64,000 bases of DNA from a virus. A model generated the notes under the pieces. The model was not told the origin of the DNA, ran no database searches, and saw nothing but the letters and a program-made list of their open reading frames with translations. The stretch covers positions 13,719 to 77,718 of the IMG/VR virus record IMGVR_UViG_3300045988_144119. One strand, given 5' to 3'. Made by a program: the position numbers and the translations under genes. Shown here piece by piece: positions 53,791 to 62,199 of the stretch (within the stretch, counting starts at the first letter, position 1; each line of letters opens with the position of its first letter).

Positions 53791-54198
53791 CTAAATCAAA
53801 TCAATTATTTTGGTTTTAACAATCGCATCCAATCTCATATCAGACAAACCTTGTGAAAGGTGTTGTTCCATCAAAGTGTTTGCCTCCTTTAAATCCTTTG
53901 CGCAAACCAAATTATAGTATTTCAATTCTTTCTCATTGCCGTTCTCATCAATCTGAGTATCTACAATGGTAGCCTTGAAGAATGGTTTGTCTTCTGTCTT
54001 TTCGTTGATTATCTCAATGATGTTTGAACGTGAAATAGAGAATACATCAGATCCCATATTATCAGACGCGTACTGTTCAAGCCCTTTGGCTTCCGCTTCT
54101 GCAAAAAGTGAACAGTCTGTAATGAAATGTTCTTTTACTTCTTTTTCAAGGCCTTCCTTGTTAGGTTTCATCACCTTTAACTTTACTTCGTAATACAT
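53791..54198 (-). CDS. hypothetical protein (DUF4494-like?)
   Basis: MYYEVKLKVMKPNKEGLEKEVKEHFITDCSLFAEAEAKG recalls the DUF4494 N-terminus; memory-based and weak. Confidence 0.4.
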   Translation of the reverse strand: MYYEVKLKVMKPNKEGLEKEVKEHFITDCSLFAEAEAKGLEQYASDNMGSDVFSISRSNIIEIINEKTEDKPFFKATIVDTQIDENGNEKELKYYNLVCAKDLKEANTLMEQHLSQGLSDMRLDAIVKTKIIDLI

Positions 54199-54199
54199 A

Positions 54200-54421
54200 T
54201 TATTCCTCCTTTATCTTACTACGTTCCTTAATCATCGCATCGGCTATCTGGTAAGCGGCTTTAGCCTGTTTTTCAGAGTTGTAGTTTATCATACTAACCT
54301 CTTTGAATGGGAAAAACAATGTTACAACTCTATTCCATAAAGTTCTTCTGCGTTTTGCTGTCATCATTATGCACTTCATTGCTTCAAGCGCAATATGATC
54401 TCGTGATATGTTGCTTTCCAT
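54200..54421 (-). CDS. hypothetical small protein (73 aa)
   Basis: ORF in operon. Confidence 0.45.
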   Translation of the reverse strand: MESNISRDHIALEAMKCIMMTAKRRRTLWNRVVTLFFPFKEVSMINYNSEKQAKAAYQIADAMIKERSKIKEE

Positions 54422-54423
54422 AA

Positions 54424-54906
54424 TCAGTCCTCTTCTTGTATTAGTCGTTTAATCAATTCTTTTTTCCATCCTTGAATAAATCCATTTTCATCAATATTCA
54501 TAATGATGTAGTCGCCATATCCTTCATCTGCCGGACACATAATCTTAGGTACATAGCCGTCATAAGAAGCAATGGCGATGTGGTCTTCATCAGTAATATC
54601 ACATATAAAATCATCGCATACTTTATAGTGAACATTGGCAATTGTTCCTTGCGTCCAGTTGACTATTTGTCCTGTCTCAATTGCTATAATAGGTCGCCAA
54701 CGATAATGATCTGAATATATATTGTAATCAGCCTCTTCTTTTATTTGTACAGCACAAGGTATAAGAGGTTTACCTATGCCTTTACTCTCGCACAAATCAA
54801 TGTCTCTCACTCCGTTTACTTCTGCATCTTCCCAATAGCGGACACCTGCATCTACTTTCAGATAGACCGCCTCAAACTCGGTCGGTTTGTTGATTGTAAT
54901 TTTCAT
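54424..54906 (-). CDS. hypothetical protein (160 aa)
   Basis: ORF in operon. Confidence 0.55.
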   Translation of the reverse strand: MKITINKPTEFEAVYLKVDAGVRYWEDAEVNGVRDIDLCESKGIGKPLIPCAVQIKEEADYNIYSDHYRWRPIIAIETGQIVNWTQGTIANVHYKVCDDFICDITDEDHIAIASYDGYVPKIMCPADEGYGDYIIMNIDENGFIQGWKKELIKRLIQEED

Positions 54907-54907
54907 A

Positions 54908-55066
54908 TTATTTTAATTGATTAATAACTTGTCTTTTGATTTTCTTGCAGAGCTTCCCGACAAAACGTCCATGCTTCTCTGTTCCGTCATCGGGCAACTC
55001 GTTTTTGTAAGTGTTGAGCAACTTCTGGATGAGAAGCACTTCTTGTTTTGTCAAAGTAAGTTTCAT
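54908..55066 (-). CDS. small ORF (52 aa), below the ORF-track cutoff
   Basis: Hand translation MKLTLTKQEVLLIQKLLNTYKNELPDDGTEKHGRFVGKLCKKIKRQVINQLK; fills the gap between genes. Confidence 0.35.
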   Translation of the reverse strand: MKLTLTKQEVLLIQKLLNTYKNELPDDGTEKHGRFVGKLCKKIKRQVINQLK

Positions 55067-55069
55067 TTT

Positions 55070-55504
55070 TTAAAGATATTTACTCATTCTATCAACCTCT
55101 ATTTGGGCTAATTGTAACAGGGATTCTTCATTAGGGGCAGGAAGATATACAGGGAATACATCATTCATAACCGACCAGTTTCTCCATTTTTCAACAGATA
55201 AGGACATTTCTTTTGTATCGAGTTCGTATGTGTGCCTGACATATATTGCCTTTATACCAGCTATTTCTTTCTCTACAAAATAAATGTCCTTGTTTACTTC
55301 CTTGTATATGAACTCTGCTTCGTCCTTTGTATATCCAGTTTGTGTAGCCCAATATTCAATAAGAAGCCATAAGTATTTGTTCTGATTTAAAGACCTTTGC
55401 GGTTTCTTTTCCGTCAATTCAAACACCTTCTGTTCCTTTATCAACTTCTCCAGCTTCGCTCTTGCCTGCTGGACGTGGAGAGGATTGGAACCATCGTATT
55501 TCAT
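55070..55504 (-). CDS. ninB: NinB / Orf-like recombination mediator
   Basis: RSLNQNKYLWLLI matches lambda NinB RSLDQNRKLWA (from memory). Confidence 0.6.
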   Translation of the reverse strand: MKYDGSNPLHVQQARAKLEKLIKEQKVFELTEKKPQRSLNQNKYLWLLIEYWATQTGYTKDEAEFIYKEVNKDIYFVEKEIAGIKAIYVRHTYELDTKEMSLSVEKWRNWSVMNDVFPVYLPAPNEESLLQLAQIEVDRMSKYL

Positions 55505-55507
55505 AGA

Positions 55508-55804
55508 CTAAAATGGCAGATCATCATCCGACACGCTTGGCGCATTATTTATATCCTCTGGGCTAGGTGATGTATTCTGAGGTACAAACTCTTTGAGGTC
55601 TCCGCAAATATAGTTCCTTCCTTCTACCCGTTCTTCCTTTTTAGGAGAACAAGTGATGAAATGCGTATGCCCGAACTGGGATTTCTCTCTGCGCTCGATA
55701 ACAGCCACATTCACATAGATTCTTTCAACTCCGTCTTTACACTTAATTTTCTTCATCTGCTCACGAGGTATATCAGAGAGACAGATACTTCCTGTTAAAA
55801 TCAT
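55508..55804 (-). CDS. SSB-like protein with canonical acidic tip
   Basis: 98 aa ending SVSDDDLPF, the SSB C-terminal protein-interaction tail; the body is not a recognisable OB fold by eye. Confidence 0.4.
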   Translation of the reverse strand: MILTGSICLSDIPREQMKKIKCKDGVERIYVNVAVIERREKSQFGHTHFITCSPKKEERVEGRNYICGDLKEFVPQNTSPSPEDINNAPSVSDDDLPF

Positions 55805-55815
55805 AATTTTATAGT

Positions 55816-56502
55816 TTATATGTTATACAAATCTTCTTTTGTTTTTAGCAAGTGATATAAGTTTTTTTCATCTATATATTTGCAAAAGTCTTTTATTATT
55901 TGAGCATTTTTCTCTTCCATCTTACTGTCTCTCAAACATTCTATCGGATTATATATTACGAAATCCGTATTTATTGTGTTCGTAACCATATAACTTTTAT
56001 ATCCTTTAAAATGGAATAGATCAAAATAGAAAGTGTCACAACCAAACAATTCAAGATAAAAACTCCATTGACACGATTCTGTATAATCTCTTGTGTGTGG
56101 TTGTGAATATTTGGTTTTAATGTCTCGTATCACGTTTCGATATTTGACATCAGCATATCCGTGCACATGAACAGGGAACAATCCACAATGAAAATCTTTA
56201 CCTTTATGTATTTCATGTTCCGCATCCGGATATTGTTTACGGTAATAAAGGGCATTTTCCACAGCTTTCCCATTCATAAGCACTCTAAATCCATCTTGTT
56301 CCTGCTCAAATGTGTTTTCTCCAACATAAATCGCCTTCCCTGTTTCTACAATACTATGGAATACAGATCCTATCGCTGCATAAGCGTTTGGTTCTTTCTT
56401 GCCTGAAAGTGTATTTAACACTCTTTCTTCTGTGTCCCATATTGAATGCTTATCCCTGAATCGTCTGAACGCTTCTAATGAAGTAACACTGATACGATAC
56501 AT
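55816..56502 (-). CDS. PD-(D/E)xK exonuclease candidate
   Basis: HVHGYADVKYRNVIRDIKTKY fits D...(D/E)xK; sits between the ERF and SSB-like genes. Confidence 0.45.
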   Translation of the reverse strand: MYRISVTSLEAFRRFRDKHSIWDTEERVLNTLSGKKEPNAYAAIGSVFHSIVETGKAIYVGENTFEQEQDGFRVLMNGKAVENALYYRKQYPDAEHEIHKGKDFHCGLFPVHVHGYADVKYRNVIRDIKTKYSQPHTRDYTESCQWSFYLELFGCDTFYFDLFHFKGYKSYMVTNTINTDFVIYNPIECLRDSKMEEKNAQIIKDFCKYIDEKNLYHLLKTKEDLYNI

Positions 56503-56504
56503 AA

Positions 56505-56987
56505 TTATCTCTTTTTGAATGTGATTGAATAGGATGTTGTAGAGCTTTTTGAAGGAGCGTACAAAGTTATAATCTCGCCTGTTTCTTCATCTATATCTGT
56601 TTTTTGTTCCTTTATAGTACGAAGAAAAGATTCACGTTCCTTGAGCCTTATGTCAATGTCGTTTTTTTCCTCATTTAGCCTTTCCCATACCGGGTCACCA
56701 CATCCTGTAAAGTCATATTTCACTCCTGTTTCTTTCACCTGTATCAACGCTCCACGGAATGAAGGGATTTCACCTTTTCCATACTTCCCTACTTCATTCA
56801 ATACAGCTTCCCTTACATCCGAATCTTTCAAAAAATTGCTTATTGTTTCACTAAGGCTTTTCATCTGTATGACAGCATCTATCGGATTTACATCACCATC
56901 AATTACTTTTTGTACAAACATACAGGCAAGGTCCGTCTGTTCCTGCTTCGTAGATGGAATATTGTTTATCTTCAAATCATTACTCAT
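56505..56987 (-). CDS. hypothetical protein (160 aa)
   Basis: ORF overlapping the erf stop by 4 nt. Confidence 0.55.
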   Translation of the reverse strand: MSNDLKINNIPSTKQEQTDLACMFVQKVIDGDVNPIDAVIQMKSLSETISNFLKDSDVREAVLNEVGKYGKGEIPSFRGALIQVKETGVKYDFTGCGDPVWERLNEEKNDIDIRLKERESFLRTIKEQKTDIDEETGEIITLYAPSKSSTTSYSITFKKR

Positions 56988-57598
56988 GGCAAATTATTAT
57001 TAACTTTATATTGATAAAAATTGTCAGAAATGACAGTAATATCATTCTGCGTAACTTTATAGTACTTTTCTATAAGATTGGATAACGAAAGACGTTTATT
57101 TTCAGATTTTGCTTTTTCAAGTTTCTGATAAATCCATTTCATTAAGTCCTCATCGTTAAACTTCTCTTTCGGCAGGAGTTTTCTGTTATCTTTTTCCAAT
57201 TGATTATTTGACTGACATTCATTATTCAGAGAATCAGAATCTTTTGTGTCATCTATACAAAACAACCCGTTTAATGCGTACTTCCGTGCATAAGACGATG
57301 TGCTTCCTGTGATCTGGCTTGCATCCATTCCCTTCTTTGACTCGTCCTCACGTGCGTATGCCGTTGTCGTTTCCGTTTCACAATTAGCATTCTTAATGGT
57401 TGCGGTTGCCCTTACATAATATCGTGTACCAATCATTACAATTTCGTCAGAAATAGTAAGTGTGCACGACTGACTAAACAACAATGGTTTTACTGCTTCC
57501 AAAATATCCTCGCAATTACGATATTTATAATTCCCAAATTTATTATATTGATCTTTGGGCGCCTTAAGCAAACTTTGAATTGTATTAAGTTCCTTCAT
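56984..57598 (-). CDS. erf: ERF-family single-strand annealing protein
   Basis: KFGNYKYRNCEDILEAVKPLL and GSTSSYARKYALNGLFCIDD fit the ERF superfamily pattern. Confidence 0.7.
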   Translation of the reverse strand: MKELNTIQSLLKAPKDQYNKFGNYKYRNCEDILEAVKPLLFSQSCTLTISDEIVMIGTRYYVRATATIKNANCETETTTAYAREDESKKGMDASQITGSTSSYARKYALNGLFCIDDTKDSDSLNNECQSNNQLEKDNRKLLPKEKFNDEDLMKWIYQKLEKAKSENKRLSLSNLIEKYYKVTQNDITVISDNFYQYKVNNNLP

Positions 57599-57613
57599 AA
57601 TTATATTATTATA

Positions 57614-57856
57614 TTACCAACACAAAAAAGGCAGGTCCGCAGTCCTTACAAAGTTCCGCTTCCTGCCATGATATATCTCCACTTCTTCAAGCTCATTTTC
57701 AAGAGAATCAATTTCTTCATTGATAAGTGCAATATATTCAGCCTTACTGTCAGCATTGAATGTGAGCATTACCGCTTCTTCACTCATTTGCTGAACCGTG
57801 TCAAGCTCTGAATAAAGCTTATCAAGTTCTGAATTAATAGATGATTTACACCTCAT
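57614..57856 (-). CDS. hypothetical acidic protein (80 aa)
   Basis: ORF in operon. Confidence 0.5.
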   Translation of the reverse strand: MRCKSSINSELDKLYSELDTVQQMSEEAVMLTFNADSKAEYIALINEEIDSLENELEEVEIYHGRKRNFVRTADLPFLCW

Positions 57857-57996
57857 ACTTTCTCCAAAAATTGCAAAGGGAGTGAATAAACAGCTTTTAA
57901 CTTAGAAAATTTGACATCTGCACGCCCATCTTTAATTTTAATAATCGTGCCTATCAGCGTATCGCCAATTTCACGGACTTTATCACCTTTTTTCAT
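57853..57996 (-). CDS. small ORF (47 aa), below the ORF-track cutoff
   Basis: Hand translation MKKGDKVREIGDTLIGTIIKIKDGRADVKFSKLKAVYSLPLQFLEKV; its stop overlaps the next start (ATGA). Confidence 0.4.
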   Translation of the reverse strand: MKKGDKVREIGDTLIGTIIKIKDGRADVKFSKLKAVYSLPLQFLEKV

Positions 57997-58018
57997 AATA
58001 ACTACGTTTAAATATTTG

Positions 58019-58123
58019 TCCGAAAGACAGGAATCGAACCTGCTTCTTGTGGGGTAATGAGACCTACATAAAGAATATGATTATTATTAAATTACCACAT
58101 GCATTCCATAATGCTACTTTCGG
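58019..58123 (-). ncRNA. tRNA-like element with a 42-nt segment in place of the 7-nt anticodon loop
   Basis: Acceptor CCGAAAG/CTTTCGG, D arm GCAT-TATGGA-ATGC, stem TGTGG/CCACA enclosing 42 nt, variable AGAA, T arm GCAGG-TTCGATT-CCTGT, discriminator A. Confidence 0.55.
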
Positions 58124-58198
58124 AGGATGTTCATACCTATATTCACATACCGGCATGAACGGATAATATTACTAACTTAAAAATAGATAGAGAAAATA

Positions 58199-58381
58199 TT
58201 AGTCACACTCTTTCAGTTCATTGTATGTCAGGACTACCAGTCTTATGCACAACAGGAAGATAATGGAAAATATAATCACAGATACGCATTTTACAGGACT
58301 TTTCGTAACTATCGCACCATAAATCATTCCTAACGAACATAAGGCGGCAAATAAAGACATGATAAAATTGGCTGTTTTCAT
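58199..58381 (-). CDS. small two-TM membrane protein (60 aa)
   Basis: Two hydrophobic helices. Confidence 0.45.
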   Translation of the reverse strand: MKTANFIMSLFAALCSLGMIYGAIVTKSPVKCVSVIIFSIIFLLCIRLVVLTYNELKECD

Positions 58382-58707
58382 TATATTATTTTTTTGGGAA
58401 GTTCTTGTATTCGCTTCATTATGTTAGATGCTTCATCCGCATCTACATAGCCGATTATATCATTTGTTATTGGAGTGTTATAGCAAATTCCATTATTGTC
58501 AAGAACTGCAACCTCATAAGTATCAATACCGTTGGAATAAAACAAAGTGCCTTTTAATACACTTACTCCATATCCGTTCTCAAACTGCATTATAGCATGC
58601 TTTGCGTTCATATATTCCTCACGGATAGGAGAAGGTAAGAGAAAGGCATCTTTAGCCATTTCATGTTGCTTAAAAAGCAAATCCTTGAATTGTTTTAGTT
58701 CATTCAT
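58381..58707 (-). CDS. hypothetical protein (108 aa)
   Basis: ORF in operon. Confidence 0.55.
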   Translation of the reverse strand: MNELKQFKDLLFKQHEMAKDAFLLPSPIREEYMNAKHAIMQFENGYGVSVLKGTLFYSNGIDTYEVAVLDNNGICYNTPITNDIIGYVDADEASNIMKRIQELPKKII

Positions 58708-59161
58708 GTCATTTAATCATAAGTTTGTTCCCCTCAACAGCTTAAACCGGTTGTTACCCCGAATCTTACGGGAGGGGATATATTAGACCTTTCAGCGATA
58801 CTTGTGCCTAACCAAGCATACTTCTACGCTAAAGACAAATTGGCGTGCTGAAAGTAAATTTCATTTCAACTTCGTGGCTTTACCACCATCAGACATTTAC
58901 AACCATTCGACCGTTATCGTCTTATCTTCGGTTGCTATCGGTGTCAATTCCGTTCCACTTGCACCCACCACTATCTACCATCACTGGCTTCGCTTCTGTG
59001 CCTGCGCAGAAATCATATATAATAATTGTACGGTTTTACCCATACATTATTTCTATTGTATAAATAAATATTTCAAAGAACTATTTTTTTGCTCCCTGCT
59101 CAGTTATCGCTACTGAATTCCGTTCATTCCGTCAACAGGGATAAATGTCTTTAAAGCTTAG

Positions 59162-59374
59162 TCAATCAACTCTTATATTATTCAATACGTCAGCCGCATT
59201 ACAAAACCATTTTTTCTTTCCCTTGAAATCTATGCGAACTTTGCCCTTAGAGTATAAGTCTTCCAATCTTTTTTCTCCACCCACAAGTCTTGCTGCTGTA
59301 TCCTTACAGAAGGTTACACCATACCTGTTAAGTTGGCGAGATTGGTTACTATATCTTATTTCGGCTTCGTTCAT
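59162..59374 (-). CDS. hypothetical basic protein (70 aa)
   Basis: ORF; second gene of the leftward early transcript. Confidence 0.45.
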   Translation of the reverse strand: MNEAEIRYSNQSRQLNRYGVTFCKDTAARLVGGEKRLEDLYSKGKVRIDFKGKKKWFCNAADVLNNIRVD

Positions 59375-59389
59375 ACTATTTCATTATTG

Positions 59390-59590
59390 TCATTTCTTTA
59401 TAGCAGTAATGGTTATCTTGTTGTCCTTGCTTATATAGCAGCTATATCTTTCCACATCGTCTCTTGGATAAGACTTTGCGATTTCGTATGCCCATTGTCT
59501 CAAACTACGACATTCAAGATAGCTTCCGAGTTGGGCCGTCAAAGAAGATCCTGCTCTAATTCCCAATATGTCTTTCTTCGTGATTTTCAT
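59390..59590 (-). CDS. hypothetical small protein (66 aa)
   Basis: First ORF left of the divergent region 59591-59842. Confidence 0.45.
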   Translation of the reverse strand: MKITKKDILGIRAGSSLTAQLGSYLECRSLRQWAYEIAKSYPRDDVERYSCYISKDNKITITAIKK

Positions 59591-59758
59591 ACTTGCTTTT
59601 ATTTTCTATATTTTATGCTTAAATATTATTCGTTTAATTTGCTTTTTTAAAATCGGTTTTATATATTTGCCATCTGATGACTGGCAAGTGACTTATATAA
59701 GTCGCTCCGTTTTTATTTTGTCTTTCTTGTCTTTCTTGCTTTGATTGACAATGCAAAG

Positions 59759-59779
59759 ATACTGAATTATTTTCAGTAT
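59759..59779. promoter_or_regulatory. 21-bp palindromic operator ATACTGAA-N5-TTCAGTAT
   Basis: Perfect 8-bp arms; the same half-sites recur at 62310-62330. Confidence 0.6.
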
Positions 59780-59791
59780 ACTAATGTTTTT

Positions 59792-59808
59792 GCTGAAAAT
59801 AATTCAGT
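59792..59808. promoter_or_regulatory. second, imperfect operator GCTGAA-N5-TTCAGT
   Basis: Same core and 5-nt spacer, 13 nt downstream of the first site. Confidence 0.5.
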
Positions 59809-59842
59809 TAAAACATTAATTAACAATTCAAGATAACAAAAG

Positions 59843-60406
59843 ATGAATATGAATAAAGCTAATTTATCAATAGCAATGAGTATTGCAGCGATTTTGCTAT
59901 CCATCTATGCGGCATTCGTATGCGATAAACGCATAGAGGCTGATTGGATGGGGATTTTAGTTGGTGTACTGGCATTGTTGGTTACGGTATTGATTGGTTG
60001 GAACATATACGCATTGATTGATTTTAACAGAGCAAAGAAAGAAATGAATGTATTAAAAGAGAAAATGCGTATTGATGTTAATTCAAGCCTTGCTATTAGC
60101 TCGAATGATATGTTCATGGTATATCACTATCTATTATTGAAGAAAGATCCATTAGGACTTGAATATAGACTTATTCAAAGCGGTTTGGCTTCCTTGGTTC
60201 ATTTGTCTGCTATCGGGCATATCAGAGCCTGTAATGAAGTCGTAAGGAGTTTAAAACAGTGTATAGTTAATCCAAATGAAATAATAATAAGCAAAAAGTC
60301 AAAAGATGAATTGCTATTTCTATTATCAGAAGTAAAACAATCAAGGTTGATTGACAGTTTCCAACATGTCGCTCAAATAGTGGCTTCTTTGAAAGCCCAT
60401 GATTGA
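59843..60406 (+). CDS. two-TM membrane protein with a cytoplasmic domain (187 aa)
   Basis: Two N-terminal hydrophobic helices; preceded by the operator pair shared with the CI-like gene. Confidence 0.6.
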   Translation: MNMNKANLSIAMSIAAILLSIYAAFVCDKRIEADWMGILVGVLALLVTVLIGWNIYALIDFNRAKKEMNVLKEKMRIDVNSSLAISSNDMFMVYHYLLLKKDPLGLEYRLIQSGLASLVHLSAIGHIRACNEVVRSLKQCIVNPNEIIISKKSKDELLFLLSEVKQSRLIDSFQHVAQIVASLKAHD

Positions 60407-60533
60407 TAGAATACATTTCATGAAGAAGATTAGATTTAGTTTCTTCTAGTATTTCAAAACCTTTTCTTAGTTCTTCTGATTCGATATGGCGTTTAGTGCT
60501 TTTTCTTTTTTTCATAATGAGTAAATTAAAAAT

Positions 60534-60818
60534 ATGAATAAAAATAAAGTCATAAATGTTTTAAATGCGGCAAAAGCCAATAATGGATTAAGCCGTGAGG
60601 AAATAGAGAGGATATGCGGAAAAGAAACGGATGTCATTGTAGGATATCTTCATTTGAAAGACGTATGTATATGGGCGACAAATGGTAGCATTATAATGTT
60701 AAAGAGAGAGAGTTCCGCATTATTGATCGATGAATTAAGACAGAAGAAAAAATCAAAATTTAGTGGAGTTATAAAATGGGTCATGGAGAATATTATAGCT
60801 CCACTGATTAAAAGTTAG
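60534..60818 (+). CDS. hypothetical protein (94 aa)
   Basis: ORF; converges with 60815-61090. Confidence 0.5.
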   Translation: MNKNKVINVLNAAKANNGLSREEIERICGKETDVIVGYLHLKDVCIWATNGSIIMLKRESSALLIDELRQKKKSKFSGVIKWVMENIIAPLIKS

Positions 60819-61090
60819 ATCTTCTGATACTCTATAAATTCACCGATTATAGAAGGGTGTTTTAAGTGTATAAATTTTATGAAAGAGGCTACAATCTCGT
60901 GGTTGCTTATTGTATTGACTTCAATGTGTTCACGGTAACAGTCTTGACGAAGTACATTTAGTACATCGTTGTTGATAAGCGATTGAAGCTCGTCAATCTG
61001 ATGTTGTAGAGAAGCGACAAATTGAAGGTCTGACAAGTTCTGTTTCGGTTCTTGTTCAATGTAACTTACTGATTTAAATGGATTTTCCAT
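60815..61090 (-). CDS. hypothetical protein (91 aa)
   Basis: ORF downstream of rha on the same strand. Confidence 0.5.
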   Translation of the reverse strand: MENPFKSVSYIEQEPKQNLSDLQFVASLQHQIDELQSLINNDVLNVLRQDCYREHIEVNTISNHEIVASFIKFIHLKHPSIIGEFIEYQKI

Positions 61091-61132
61091 AATTCGTTCT
61101 TTGAAATATTTACAATCGGTTACAAGGCTACG

Positions 61133-61870
61133 TTAAGCAGCCTTGTGTTCACGGATGAGGTTTGAAATAATGATGTATATTTTATCAAGAAAATGGTTAC
61201 GTTCAGCGATTTCAAGTTTGGACTCATCACGCCTTATTTTCTTGTAACTGTGTATTGATATCTGGTATAGATAATAAAGCTGTTCATACACCTTGTGCCA
61301 TACGTCTTGCTGTTTGGTATTTGTGGCGGATGCGTATTTGTTTACCAACTGACGAACTTTGTTGCGTAGCGAGATTTCGGGTAACATTTCTGACGACATT
61401 GATACCGATAACAGAAGTTTGCCATTCTCTCCCCTTTCTTGCTCTATCGCATCAAGACGCTTTTCAACATTTTCAAGTCGTTGTTCGTGTTCAAGATTTA
61501 TATTTGCTTGCATCGCAAACATCTGTGCAGAGGTGAGCGGTTTTTGTTGCTCTTTTAGAGCTTTTTCCATTGCGTTGAAGGCTGCGATATAGTCCAGCTT
61601 GAATTTAAGGGCTTTCTTTCCTGTAAAACCCATCGCCAAAAGAGTAAATCCATCACGGTTCATTACGAACATTGGGTATTCTTGCCTATTTTGTTCATTA
61701 ACATAAATAGTTTCAACAAACATAGGGTCAGCCGAAGTTTCGGCACACCCCTGTATAAGCTCTCTAATAGCATCTAAGACGTGCTTATGTTCTTTCCCAA
61801 ACTTTTCAGCCACCAATAGGCTGTTAGTTAAAACTTGGCCGTTCTGACCTTTAAAAACTAGATCGTTCAT
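61133..61870 (-). CDS. rha: Rha-family phage regulatory protein
   Basis: VLTNSLLVAEKFGKEHKHVLDAIRELI matches the Rha signature (tsS..iAe.fgK.H..Vlr.I..l). Confidence 0.75.
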   Translation of the reverse strand: MNDLVFKGQNGQVLTNSLLVAEKFGKEHKHVLDAIRELIQGCAETSADPMFVETIYVNEQNRQEYPMFVMNRDGFTLLAMGFTGKKALKFKLDYIAAFNAMEKALKEQQKPLTSAQMFAMQANINLEHEQRLENVEKRLDAIEQERGENGKLLLSVSMSSEMLPEISLRNKVRQLVNKYASATNTKQQDVWHKVYEQLYYLYQISIHSYKKIRRDESKLEIAERNHFLDKIYIIISNLIREHKAA

Positions 61871-62199
61871 ATTGACTAATTTTATACCTCACCCTTTCTC
61901 CCAAGATAATTATTAGGAGGTGGATGAACATTGTTAAACTTCAATTATTCATTTTGTTGCTTTAATACTGGATGCTTCTCCAACATCTTTGCTTCATCTC
62001 TTATTGGTTATCGTAATACAACGCTTGGGCGCCTGTTGTTAGGTGATGGGAACAGAGCAGGTCTTGCCAATAAAAGACATACAGTATAAAACAGAAGAGC
62101 CTTTTTATCTCACGGCTGTCATTGGTTTAATCCAAAGTTCCGCACGGTGGGCACTGATATAACCGATTGTATGGATTTAATCTAACTAATAGGAAAGAA

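Noticed and set aside
60267-60515. 82-aa minus-strand ORF overlapping the 3' end of 59843-60406
   Set aside because: About half of it is antisense to a better-supported gene, and its C-terminal half is hydrophobic low-complexity sequence typical of antisense translation. Its N-terminal part in the intergenic gap looks coding-like, so I left it uncalled rather than excluded.
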